A stretch of 64,000 nucleotides of DNA from Octopus sinensis (GCF_006345805.1 NC_043014.1:37820001-37884000); one strand, 5' to 3'. Positions 1 through 12,714 are shown, numbered from the stretch's first letter. The notes: generated from the letters alone by a model not told the origin. Translations and numbers: made by a program.

Positions 1-164
1 TTATTTACAATTTCTGTTCATCTGCTAAGTTTGCTGTGCTGTTATCTTAATATAACTTTACTATTAATCCAACTTCCCAAACATATGTGTAAGTATCAGT
101 GGAAAATACTGAGTTGTAGAACAATAGGATCCATAATAATATTAATAATAATAATAATAATGAG

Positions 165-510
165 ATTATTGTATACAGTGCTCAGGTGCACCACAACTTG
201 TCAAAAGTGCGTATAAAGCATATGCAGTAATGTAGAAATGTCTTGGAAGTGAACAGTGTATGAGTCAGATACATGCTTGCATGTGTATGGAGGGGAGAAA
301 ATCAGGTGTAGTGTTGGTGAATCTCAGGAAGCATGGAAGAGTGTTTTATGGTGTTCTCTATCGGTATGTACAAGTATCTGTAGAAAATATTGTGCTGTAG
401 AACCACAGGATCTATGTGAGTACTTTACACTATTCTCCATTGAAATTGGTGCTATTTTAAACCACAGGAAGTTAATGTTCAGATTTTATATGGGGTATAT
501 AAGATGACCC
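165..510 (-). mobile_element. CR1/L2-like LINE 3' end with (ATT)n tail
   Basis: Degenerate frame containing NIFYRY...FIRTFDKLW, followed by an (att)n tail on the minus strand. Confidence 0.55.
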
Positions 511-535
511 TTAGTTTTGGGATGATTTTTTTTAA

Positions 536-734
536 AGTTCAAATTACGCCCTGTACACTGGTATACATGGTGTGTTTATGGGAACTTCTGTAGGCCAAAG
601 ACCTATTTTTTGTTGTTGAATTTGTTGAAGTTGTAGAGGAAGAAATTCCAAATATGGAAGCAAAACTTAGAATGACAAACAATAAAAAAAAAAATGTAAA
701 AAACACGAAACAAAATAAAAAAAATTGTAAGTAA
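536..734 (+). pseudogene. Inverted SLC16-like remnant: TM10-like segment joined to a charged C-terminal-like tail, with a +1 frameshift
   Basis: Plus frame SSNYALYTGIHGVFMGTSVGQRPIF, then after one extra T in a T6 run (605-611) VVEFVEVVEEEIPNMEAKLRMTNNKKKNVKNTKQNKKNCK* (stop 732-734). The first part resembles MCT TM10 (AVYSALFGLFIGSYVSLTPVILVDLLG-type) by eye only. Confidence 0.5.
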
Positions 735-864
735 ACCACAGACAAAAGTTTTAGAAAGTGAGATAAAAGACATCCCTCTGTGAGATACCCACACTTGATA
801 TGCGGAAAATGAGCAGGTAAAAATCTCATATTGTGTATAATGTATACAAAATCCTTATACTCAC

Positions 865-1021
865 CTGACCATAGAAAATAGATAGCGATCATGAATAGGG
901 TGTTTCCATTCTTCAGTATTTCATAGTCAAAGAAGATAGCCAGATTTTTAATAATGGAATGGATGCAAGACATTTTCTTTGTAGCGGTTTGTTTATCCTT
1001 TTCGTCACTTGCGTTGACTGT
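865..1021 (-). CDS. SLC16: SLC16/MCT-family transporter exon (end of loop, TM7)
   Basis: 157 nt, tactatttcag|ACA...GTCAG|gtgagt, phase 0 to 1. Encodes TVNASDEK...LAIFFDYEILKNGNTLFMIAIYFLWSG, matching the MCT pre-TM7 motif FDxxLLKN. Confidence 0.88.
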
Positions 1022-1273
1022 CTGAAATAGTAGAACAAAGACAGAAAAAGGAAAAAGAAATGAAATGTGTGATTGGTATAAGCCATTATACATATCTGTA
1101 ATAGCCAGCAAGGAAAAATCTAAATGATTGCTCAAACAACTGGTCAAGATCTGGTAACCAGAAATCCCTCAAAATCTCACCTTGCCATATAAAAAATAAA
1201 AGAAAAGATAAATATATAATAAAATAAATAGAAAATAAAATTAAAAGTAAATATTTACATACATACAGGCACA

Positions 1274-1672
1274 GGAGTGGCTGTGTGGTAAGTAGCTTGC
1301 TTACCAACCACATGGTTCCAGGTTCAGTCCCACTGCGTGGCACCTTGGGCAAGTGTCTTCTACTATAGCCTCGGGGCGACCAAAGCCTTGTGAGTGGATT
1401 TGGTAGATGGAAACTGAAAGAAGCCCATCGTATATATGTATATATATGTATGTGTGCGTGTATGTTTGTGTGTCCGTGTTTGTCCCCCTAGCATTGCTTG
1501 ATAACCGATGCTGGTGTGTTTATGTCCGCTTCACTTAGTGGTTCAGCAAAAGAGACCGATAGAATAAGTACTGGGCTTACAAAGAATAAGTCCCGGGATC
1601 GAGTTGCTCGACTAAAGGTGGTGCTCCAGCATGGCCACAGTCAAATGACTGAAACAAGTAAAAGAGTAAAGA
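1274..1672 (+). mobile_element. Dominant SINE family A (GGAGTGGCTGTGTGG head, internal TA/TG microsatellite, AAGAGTA tail). Other copies: + 3226-3677, 13208-13645, 20124-20512, 42003-42425, 51475-51920, 52452-52800; - 6352-6750, 11505-11900, 18455-18842, 19470-19876, 27918-28262, 41120-41840, 45562-45940; plus fragments
   Basis: More than 15 mutually alignable copies in the window. Confidence 0.9.
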
Positions 1673-2375
1673 GCATGCATACATACATATATATTGGTGT
1701 TCAGGGTGATTGCAGTCCCTATAAGCATATATGTATACAATTAAGTGCTTTTCCTACAGCATTAGGGCATTTTGGCTCTTATTTCTAGCAATGTAGGTGT
1801 CCTGACACCCCTAGTCAATTTTAATGGCAATTATATTTTCCCCTTATGGTATCACATTGCACATGGTTGTTTACAGTCATTTTTGTATAGGCATTAGCGA
1901 TTCCCTAAATCATCCATAAATTTTTATGGTGAATACATATATGCTGAGAGTGAATTAAGCCTGCTATCAGCTGACTGAGTAGTCTTTGCTGAAGAGGTTA
2001 TGGAAATAGCTGAAACTTAATGTTAAGTATAAAGAATTCTCGGCTGGTATTCTTGGTGATTGTAGTCCCTATGAGCATATATATATATATATATATATAT
2101 ATGTAGGGAGAGTTTACGAAAAAAACAAAAGACGAAGACAGGTGGTGTACAAAACAAACAGATGTATTAGTATAACGCTCAGGAATAGAAAAAGTCGTTT
2201 ATGTTTCGAGTCTACGCTCTTCTACAGAAAGGTACACAGAAAAAACAAGGAGAGAAAAAAATGTGTGTAGTGGCTAACGATCTATCATGGTGACTAGTGC
2301 CGGACAGAAGGGTCAAACACGAGGAGGAAAGTAAGGGAGATAACAAGTTAAAGATGACCCCCAACACATATATAG

Positions 2376-2940
2376 ATATTGTTGGCATCCTTTTTGTCTC
2401 ACAATGGAGTTGCGCATAAAATAATCTAGTCTGGCTTTTACATTTCATATCCTAATACATCTCCTACTGTGGCTATGTAGTCCTATCCTAGACAAACACT
2501 CCCTCTGGCAGGTGTCACAAATGTAGCAAAGACTTTGCCTGGCTGGTTGTAATGTCATAGTTTCTTGTTGACGTCTTTTCTTGTCTTTCCATTTCTCTTC
2601 TCTCTCTCTCTGTGTCACTCCTTTGTGTTCCCTCTTTTACAGTACGTCGCCAATCTCCACGGTTGCTGGCAACTGCTTCCCAGTTGCTAATATTGATGTT
2701 GCAGACCTTCATGTCCCTTTTGCAAACATCCTTGTATTGTAAGAACAGTCTTCCCACAGACCTAGTGCCCCTAGCAAGCTCTCCGTAGAGTATGTCCTTG
2801 GGGATTCTGCCACCTTCCATATGGCTAACATGTCCAAGCCATCTTTGTGTGAGGAGTGCAAACATGCTTGGTATTCCTGCTTGCTTGAGGACATCTTTGT
2901 TGGGGACATGATTCTGCCATCTGATGCCAAGGATTTAGTG
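2376..2940 (-). mobile_element. RTE LINE 3' fragment
   Basis: RWLGHVSHMEGGRIPKDILYGEL...W..AVASNRGDWR and the terminal CDTCQRECLSRIGLHSHSRRC motif. Confidence 0.9.
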
Positions 2941-3399
2941 TTCGATATATATATATATATATATACATAAACATTTATGTGCTTTTCCCAGAGCATTAGA
3001 ACATTTTAGCTCTTATTTTTTGCAATGTAGGTGTCGCATTTAGCGACAATTATATTTTTTCTTTATGGTAACACATTGTTCATGGCTGTTTGCATTAATT
3101 TTTGCATACACACACACACACACACACACACATAATGTACCGTTCTGTGATAGAAGATTCAACAGAAAAAGTACTCCATCTGACGAGAGATAAATATTAT
3201 TTATTTAAAGTACACAATACGCGTAGAAGTGGCTGTGTAGTAAGTAGCTCGCTTATGAACCGCATGGTTCCGGGTTCAGTCCCACTGCATGGCACCTCGG
3301 GCAAGTGTTTTCTATTATAGCCTTGGGCCGACCAAAGCCTTGTGAGTGGATTTGGTAGGCGGAAACTGAAAAATAAAAAGCCTGTTGTATATATGTACG

Positions 3400-3458
<59 letters not shown>

Positions 3459-4304
3459 GTATGTGTATATGTTTGTGTGTCTGTGTTTGTCACTGCAACA
3501 TCATTTGACAACTGAAGCTGGTGTGTTTACGTCCCCGTAACTTAGTTGTTCAGCAAAAGAGACCGATAGAATAAGTACTAGGCTTACAAAGAATAAGTCC
3601 TGGATCGATTTGCCCAACTAAGGGGCGGTGCTCCAGCATGGCCGCAGTCAAATGACTGAAACAAGTAAAAGAGTAAAATAATACATGTATTTAAGCATTT
3701 CTAATAGCTTCATATTTTGAGAAAACTCAAACATATTCTCGAGGTACAAACTACATAGGATAAGGAACTAAAAGAATTTAATAATAGATACATATGCACG
3801 CACACACACATACATGCATGCACACACATGCATACATACATACATGCAAGCATGTACAGGCACACACATGTGCACAAACAAACAAAAAGGAGCAACAGAC
3901 AGAGTCAAAACTATTGAAAAGGTTGCAAGACGCAACGGAAATTTTAGAAAAATAAAAAACAAATAAGTGGAAATTTTACTGATGAGTGTGTTAAATTATA
4001 AGGCACCAAAAGAGAATGACTCTCCCCAGACATAACAAAACAAAAAATTAATCAGAAATAAGTGAAAAAGTAAAAAGAATTATCTCCCTTAGATTTTAAA
4101 TTATAAGACTGGAAAAAATAGTGACAAATTAATCTGGTACAGAACTGAGATTTTCAATGAGTGTAAACATATGCCTAAGTTCCTTTTGAAGAATTGTAAA
4201 ATTCTGCCTATAATATACATATCTATGTATATATATGTTGATTCGCTAGCTTCTGCACGCATTTTTTTCTCTCCTTGTTTCTCTCCATGTTTCTTTTCTG
4301 TGTA

Positions 4305-4342
4305 TCTTTCTGTTGAAGAGTGTAGGCTCGAAACGTAAAAGA
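4305..4342 (+). ncRNA. Hammerhead-like motif with U at core position 6, in a Penelope-like repeat
   Basis: ucuuu-CUGUUGA-a-gagu(guag)gcuc-GAAAC-GUA-aaaga. Sister copies at about 2195-2240 and 59787-59830 (minus) read CUGUAGA. Confidence 0.5.
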
Positions 4343-4465
4343 CTTGTTTTATTTATATTCCTGAGCGCCATACTAATACAATTGTTTGTTTGTATTCCAC
4401 CTGCCTTCGTCTTTTGTTTATTTTCATAAAGCTTCCCGTTATATATATATGTATATATGATATAT

Positions 4466-4524
<59 letters not shown>

Positions 4525-4563
4525 ATATATTATATATATATTACATATACATACATATACATA

Positions 4564-4613
<50 letters not shown>

Positions 4614-4841
4614 ATATATATACATATGTATATATAATATATATATACATCTGCATACACTCACCCATATGAAAAAATGTAAATGTCAAATGATGAAAAT
4701 GAGTGCTCAATATCAGATTGGTGGATATGCAAACTATGTGTGGGTATGCCCGAACAGCGCATATGTAAGAATACATTCAAATATGAAATAGAGCCAGTAC
4801 TAGTGTGATAAACATTATCAACCATGTGTACTCATTGTGTA

Positions 4842-4900
<59 letters not shown>

Positions 4901-5306
4901 GTATATATCTATATGATAATATATATATTTAACTTTTTTATACTTTTTGGTTAGATAAAAAGAAGTTTAAAGATTTAAAAATTTATAAATATAAATTTTA
5001 ATAATTTAAATTTTAAATTGTATATTTTATATTATATATATATATATATTTTGTATATTATATTAATTACATTTATTTTTTGTTTTTTATGTTTTGGTTT
5101 ATGTCTATCACTGTTTGAGTTGCCTAATAGTGGTTTTATCTCTAATTTAATTTATATATATATATATAATAATAATATTAGGGAGTAAATCCAACTTACA
5201 GAGAAAAATTAGATTTAGGATTAAATCTAATTTTATAGTATAAATATGTATTGGTTTATGATTTTCACTGTTTGATTTGCCTAATAGTAGTTTTATATCT
5301 AATTTG

Positions 5307-5343
<37 letters not shown>

Positions 5344-5838
5344 ATAAATATATAAATACATACATACATACACACACACACGCACACATGCAAACCCACA
5401 TATATATATGCATATATACATATGTATACAACAGGCTTTTTTCAGTTTCTAACAAATCTGCTCACAAGGCTTTGGTTGGCCTGGGGTTACAGTGCAACAC
5501 AGTGGGGTTGAACACGAGGCCATATGATTGGGAAGTAAGCTTCTTAACTATGCAGCCACTCCTTTTTCAGTTGTTTCAGTTAATTAAAGGAGACAAATTG
5601 TTGTTTTATTGTTGTTTAAAACTAGATCAACTCAGATAGAGTAGACTCATAATTAAAGACATTCCAGCCATGCCCATCACATCTTTTCTTGTAATAGTGT
5701 TCACTGGACTTTGTTAATTTAATGTGACTCTACACAGGGCAGCAGAATGTTATTTAAGGGAGATCTGACCGCTATTTTTAGGATGTACAACATACTGCTC
5801 TGGTTGTTCATTTGAACACTGAGAAGACCTATAACTGA

Positions 5839-6058
5839 CCCTTAAGCATTCAAATTACTCGGTCAAATGTAATACTTACTTAATTGCATTGTTCGGAATG
5901 AATGAAGCATCATCTCATAGCTTTGAGATTTCAATGATGTGATTGCATAGTTTTAGAATGACATTGCAGGGTAGGTGTGAAAGGATGAATCTGGCTGGTT
6001 TGAACATAAGACAGGTAGAATATTTGGGCCAGATATGGTTGGTTTAAAAGCGAAAGGG
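5839..6058. mobile_element. piggyBac-type MITE, degenerate left end
   Basis: ccc...aaaggg|TTAA termini; left TSD mutated to ctga. Confidence 0.6.
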
Positions 6059-7597
6059 TTAAAGGAATTCTGCCCATGTGTGTGTGTATGTATGTATGTG
6101 TGTATGTGTGCATGTGTGTGTGTGCATGTACATTTGCATTTCTGTTTTTGTATGTTTGTGTGTGTGTGTGTGTGGGGGTATATCTGAGTATGCATGTGTG
6201 TGTGCATGTGTTTGTATTAATATTTATGTGTGTGCTTATGCATTCTTGTATGTATATGCTTGTGTGTGTATGTGCATGTGTTTGAAAGTATGTGTGTGCA
6301 TGTGTGTGTGTGTATGTGTGTAGATGTGTTTGGATGTGCATTTGTATATACTCTTTTACTTGTTTCAGTCATTTGACTGTGGCCATGCTGGAGCACTGCC
6401 TTTAGTCGAGCAAATCGACCCCAAGACTTATTCTTTGTAAGCCTAGTACTTATTCTATCAGTCTCTTTTGCCAAACCGCTAAGTTACCGGGACGTAAACA
6501 CACCAGCATCAGTTGTCAAGTGATGTTGCGGGGACAAACACAGATGCACAAACATATACACACGCACACATGCATATATGTATGCATATATACGACAGGC
6601 TTCTTTCAGTTTCCGTCTACCAAGTCCACTCACTAGGCTTTGGTCGGCCCGAGGCTATAGTAGAAGACACTTGCCCAAGGTGCCACGCAGTGGGACTGAA
6701 CCCAGAACCATGTGGTTGGTAAGCAAGCTACTTACCACACAGCCACTCCTATGCTTGGTTATTGTGTTTGTGCTTGTGTGTGTGTGTGTGTGTGTGCATG
6801 TGTGTGTGCGTCTGTGTGTGTGTATATTCCTGCTTATGTTGGTCCTCCACTTGTTGGCTTATTTATGTCCCTGTAATTTAGCAGTACAACAAAAACAAGA
6901 CCAGTTGAATAAACATCAGATTTTAAAAAAAGAATATTAAACACTGGGGTCAATTTATTTGATTAGACCCTTCAAGGTAGTGTCCCGGCATGGCCACAGC
7001 CCAATGACTGAAACAAGTAAAAGATGAAAGATACAAATCTACGTATAACATAAAATATGATATAAATTATAATATAAATTTATCTTTGGGTAGCAACTGT
7101 TATTTTCTATTTGCTTATCCCTAGAAAATATGAAAAATGGTTAACATTTCCTTCAAAATTTGCTTTTGTTACATCTATTTAAACCCCAAAGAATCCCTCT
7201 CAATCTATTGCTATGATGCTCCTCCATTATTCCTGCTTATGATCAAAGATGCACGTATTGTTATATTTGGGGATGGCCACATTTTGGTCAATTAATCATA
7301 CAAGCTATATACTTGGTCTTGATTTCAACATTATTATTATATAATTTTAGTGTCCTTTGTCTAAGCTCTTTCATCACACATCCTGTGACCTCTTTAGTGA
7401 TTCTTTATCCCATGTGTCCCTTCTTGTTCTGTTTGAGAATAATAATAAGCTGAAGTGAAGATCAGGTATATAGGGCATGTGTTTAATTGACAAATATATG
7501 ACCATCTCCAAATATAGCAATATCTGTTTTAACACACTATTTCACATCAAGAATCTTACAAAACGAATACATCAATGTAATATAAATATATATTTAC

Positions 7598-7710
7598 CAT
7601 TAGTGAAACACGGGTCTCATCAAGACTATTTTCTGAAGTTGTTTTCTTGACAGTCTCTGCATTGTTATCTATTACTGGAACATTTAGCTGCTGAGATGTG
7701 CTTATTTCAT
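7598..7710 (-). CDS. SLC16: SLC16/MCT-family transporter exon (central cytoplasmic loop); missed by the ORF track
   Basis: 113 nt after a strong pyrimidine tract, tttctcttttag|AT...CTAATG|gtaaat. Open frame NEISTSQQLNVPVIDNNAETVKKTTSENSLDETRVSLM. Phase 1 to 0 exactly bridges the flanking exons. Confidence 0.82.
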
Positions 7711-8826
7711 CTAAAAGAGAAAGAGAAAAAAGAAAGAAAATATAAGAAAAAGACGAAACTTTAAAGGGAAAAGAAATAAAAAGAGAAGTAGATTGCTGTT
7801 GATTAATCTGTGTAACACAGTTTTTGTCCTTGGGTAGCGACTGTTATTTCCTATTTGTTTACCCCTAGAACGTATGCAAAATGGTTAATATTTCCTTCAA
7901 AATTTGCTTTTGTTACATTTATTAAAACCCCAAAGAATCCCTCTCTACACATGTCTATGATGCTCCTCCACTATTTCTGCTCACAATCAGAGATGTACAT
8001 ATTGTATTGTCAGCCATTAAGGGACATACTCAAGTAGTTAACGCCAAGCTACTGACAAACAAATCTGTGATATTGACCAGAATATTTGCTATAATGATAT
8101 TTTTGCTTCAGCAACTCAGCACTGAATTTGTCTGAAATGTAATGGAAAATAGGTCAGTTTCAAAACATTGATGTCCTTGTGACAAAAGCAAAGTCTGAAG
8201 GGAATAGCAGTCATTTCCTTTGGTTTCTGGATAGAACAAATTTGGAAATAACACTGACCAAAGATAAAAAACAATAAAATTTTTGTTACAGTGTTATTTC
8301 TGAGAATAGATGAGTGATATAATCCTTTCTACTATAGGTACAAGGCTAGAATTTTTTAGGGAAGGGGTTGTTAGTTGTTTAGATCAATCCCAGTACTCAA
8401 CAGGTACGCATGTTATCAATCCTGAAAGAATGAACGGTAAAGTCAACCTTAGTAGCATTTGAACTCACGACATTAAGCTGTAAGAAATACTGCAAAGCAT
8501 TTTGTCCAATGCGGTAACAATTCTACCAGCTTGCCAAGTGTATATAGAAAGTCTTATCAGTGGGTGATCTGCAGAATGGGTCTAAACAGATGCAGAATGG
8601 AGAGCAGCATTATAATAAAACCAATATAGTGATGGGGATGATAGGGAGGGCTGCTCAATGATGATGGTGATCACGTCACTTGATTGCAAGACTGACCAGG
8701 CTATCAGATGTTGTTACACGTCGTTAGGTTACAATGCACTTTTGTATTGTTTTAAATAATAGCAAGCATTCTGCATGGTGGTTGGCTAGAGATGAAGTGT
8801 CAAAATACAATCCAAAAACGAATATT

Positions 8827-9319
8827 CACCAGAAAAAGTTAATGGTGTCTGTTTGGTAGTCCGGCTTCATGAGACCTGGTAAGTCAATTACAGCAGATGT
8901 ATACATCAACCAACTGGACGAAATGATGAGTGAACTTGTAATTAAACAAATGTGATTGGCCAATAGAGACATGCCAGTTCTCTTGCAAGACAATGCTTGA
9001 CAAAATGTTGCACAAAGAATGCTACTCAAGTTACAGGAACAGAACTTGGAAGTTCTGTCATCCACCTTGCACCAACTGACTATCATGTTTCTAGGCATTA
9101 GACAACTTTTTTGCAAGGAAAGAACTTTAAACCTGAAGAAGATGCAAAAACAAGATTTCATCACCTCTTGCTCTTCAGAATTCTTCACTGCTGGTATAAA
9201 TAAGCTACCGATAAAATAGCAAAATGGTGTTGATAATTTAGGTGCATACTTTGATTACTACATTACTTTTTGTTGGGATAAAGTAAAATAAACTTTCAGT
9301 TCGAAATCAGATATTCCTT

Positions 9320-9320
<1 letters not shown>
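8827..9320 (+). mobile_element. Mariner transposase 3' relic
   Basis: QKKLMVSVW, LLQDNA, DYH..DNFLQGK and FFTAGINKLP..GAYFD; stops and deletions present. Confidence 0.9.
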
Positions 9321-9386
<66 letters not shown>

Positions 9387-9413
9387 CTATGTATGTATAG
9401 ATATATATATAAT

Positions 9414-9776
9414 TAGAGAAGAACCACCATGTAGCAATTCAACAATGATACAATTACATCAAAATATATAGAAAAAACTTAAATATACAATATAACATAT
9501 ACCTATAATTAAGTAAAGTACTAAATAATAAATAGATAGTATATAATTATATACTATCTATTTATACTATAAATAGTATAGATAAATAGAATAACAACCA
9601 CGATGTGTAACAACATCAGACTGCCTGGTTGGTTATGCAATCAATTATATACTATTTATTTATTATTTTGTACTTACTTAATTATAGGTATATGTTTTAT
9701 CGTATACCTAATCTTTTTCTATATATTTTGATTTAATTATATCATTGTTGAATTGCTACATGGTGGTTCTTCTCTA
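9414..9776. repeat. Foldback with about 135-bp inverted arms between (TA)n tracts
   Basis: 9414-9549 is the reverse complement of about 9643-9776. Confidence 0.85.
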
Positions 9777-9869
9777 GTTTATATATATATATGTATTGTA
9801 TATTGTGAAATTTGATTTAGTATTACTAAATTGAATTTTTCCCTGTAAGTTTGGAATCATATTCCCTAA

Positions 9870-9908
<39 letters not shown>

Positions 9909-10294
9909 AAAATCAAAATCAAAATCGAAATCGATCAACATCAAAGGAAATTGTAGCTGTGATACTAGTGCTGGTGGCACGTAAGAGAACCATCCGAACG
10001 TCGCCGTTGCCAGCGCTGCCCCGACTGGCCTCCATGCCAGTGGCACGTAAAAAGCACCATCTGATCGTGGCCATTTGCCAGCCTCGTCTGGCACGTAAAA
10101 AGTACCCACAACACTCATGGAGTGGTTGGCGTTAGGAAGGGCATCCAGCCGTAGAAACATTGCCAGATCAGACTGAGCCTGGTGCAGCCTTCTGGCTTCC
10201 CAGACCCCAGTTGAACCATCCAACCCATGCTAGCATGGAAAACGGACGTTAAACGATGATGATGATGATGATGATGATATACACACACACACAA

Positions 10295-10328
<34 letters not shown>

Positions 10329-10331
10329 ATT

Positions 10332-10365
<34 letters not shown>

Positions 10366-10832
10366 AAGGGAAAGAGAGACCATGCTTACATATGCACACA
10401 AACACACTCACACATTAAGACATATATAAGACCACAGTACAGAAGTTTACTAGAGGGAATTTTTTTACAAGTTATGAAAATACATAATCAGTCATAGTCA
10501 AAACTGTATACACAAGTGCACAATGACACAAATAAATATTGACACATACATTAGTAGACTTTGTAATACATAAACAGAAAAAATAATAAATCCTATGTAA
10601 TCATTAAATTATTTGTCCATTCATACGTTGGTAAATTTCCCCACAAAGTAGACATAAACCAATGAGAACCTCAACCGTATTTTTCACAAAAGTACTGGTT
10701 AAGATATAGGTTATATACTCACGTCATCACTAGATAGTGATAATATGTGTATTTAGCCGATGGGCTATATATGTGTGTATATAACCCATATAGATGGGAA
10801 ATAGGAAGGTGATGGGATTCTAAGGATGATGG

Positions 10833-10863
<31 letters not shown>

Positions 10864-11002
10864 ACTTATAAATAAGAGCAAACGAAAAAATTTTTAATGC
10901 CAAATATGCCGAAACTAGACACATTGTCCATAACCATATAATTTATCACAATAAGCACGTTACTCGAAAAAGGTCGACAGAAATTTCTAAAAAATTCCGT
11001 TA

Positions 11003-11062
11003 TTATCATATCGGACCGATTTCAGAGTTAGTTCATAAGAACCTTCCCTTCGTCAGTGATAA
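11003..11062 (-). ncRNA. Type I hammerhead ribozyme motif with complete core, in a Penelope-like repeat
   Basis: uuauca-CUGACGA-agggaagguuc(uuau)gaacuaacucu-GAAA-ucgguccga-UA-ugauaa. Stem I is 6/6 bp, stem II 9/11 bp, stem III is palindromic, and the cleavage triplet is AUA. Confidence 0.8.
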
Positions 11063-11111
11063 ATGTGGCAAAGAAATAAATGAAATACTTACTCATACCC
11101 ATATATATATA

Positions 11112-11495
11112 TGAGCAAAACGCCCTCCACCCCGTCCAATGGATGGTACTGAGTTGTCAAACATTTAAACCAAATTTTCTCAAAACAACTTGTCCGACCA
11201 TCCCATTTTGTCACATTATTTCAAGCCACCTGGCTATTTTTGTGCAAACTGCATGTGCCTTTTCCTGTAGTATTGATCACAACAGCTGATGTACTTGCAT
11301 GTATAAATGCACGTTCCCACGGCTTTATCGATCGCATTCTCATCTGGAATCGATTTTTGTAATTTTTTCAAGACTTATACATGCCCTGATACCGTCAGTG
11401 TCTGCATATCAAGTTTGAGCGCGATTGGATGGAGGATGCCTGAGATCCTAGAAGACACACACACAGACAGACAGAACGGATTTTATATAATAGAT
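11112..11495 (-). mobile_element. Helitron-like non-autonomous element (related copies at 39795-40253 and 47064-47402)
   Basis: Minus-strand 5' end A|TCTATTATATAAAA; subterminal hairpin consensus ccgtcc-aat-ggacgg near the other end; no TSD or TIR seen. Confidence 0.5.
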
Positions 11496-12714
11496 ATACT
11501 CTTTACTCTTTTACTTGTTTCAGTCATTTGACTGCGGCCATGCTGGAGCACTGCCTTTAATCGAGCAACTCGACCCCGGGACTTATTCTTTGTAAGCCCA
11601 GTACTTATTCTATCGGTCTCTTTTGCCGAACCACTAAGTGACAGGGACATAAACACACCAGCATCGGTTGTCAAGCAATGCTAGGGGGACAAACACAGAC
11701 ACACAAACATACACGCACACCTATATATATATACATATATACGATGGGCTTCTTTCAGTTTCCATCTACCAAATCCACTCACAAGGCTTTGGTCGGCCCG
11801 AGGCTATAGTAGAAGACATTTACCCAAGGTACCACACAGTTGAACTGAACCCGGAACCATGTGGTTGGTAAACAAGCTACTTACCACACAGCCACTCCTG
11901 CGCCTATATATACATATTTAGAAGGTTGTTTGTTATGGCTAGTCAGAGAGTAACCATTGGTTACCATTATAGAAGCAACTCCTCAGACTCAAAAGTTAAC
12001 AGATTTTTGAGTCTGATAAGCTACCCATGCAGCTAAGTGCTTTATAGAAATGAAACCAATGGTCACTCACTGTCCATTTTCCATTCTGACATGGGTTTGA
12101 TGGTTTGACAGGAAGGCGGCAAGCTGGCAGAAACGTTAGCACGCCGGGCGAAATGCTTAGGGTTGTTTCGTCTACTGATACACTCTGAGTTCAAATTCCG
12201 CCAAGGTTGCCCTTGTCTTTCATCCTTTCGGGGTCGATAAATTAAGTACCAGTTACGCACTGGGGTCGATGTAATTGACTTAATCTGTTTGTAATGGCAG
12301 ACGAAATACCTATTTCTTTACTACCCACAAGGGGCTAAACACAGAGAGGACAAACAAGGACAGATAAACGGATTAAGTCGATTATATTGACCCCAGTGTG
12401 TAACTGGTACTTATTTAATCAACCCCAAGAGGATGAAAGGCAAAGTCGACCTCGGCAGAATTTGAACTCAGAACGTAGTGACAGATGAAATACCTATTTC
12501 TTTACTACCTACAAGGGGCTAAACACAGAGGGGACAGACAAGGACAGACATAGGTATTAAGTCGATTACATCGACCCCAGTGCGTAACTGGTACTTATTT
12601 AATCGACCCCGAAAGGATGAAAGGCAAAGTCGACCTCGGCGGAATTTGAACTCAGAACGTAGCGGCAGACGAAATACCGCTAAGCATTTCACCCGTCTCT
12701 GCCAGCTCACCGCC

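Noticed and set aside
539-1147. 202-aa minus ORF as a single coding unit
   Set aside because: Only 865-1021 is bounded by splice sites and homologous; the rest is intronic read-through.
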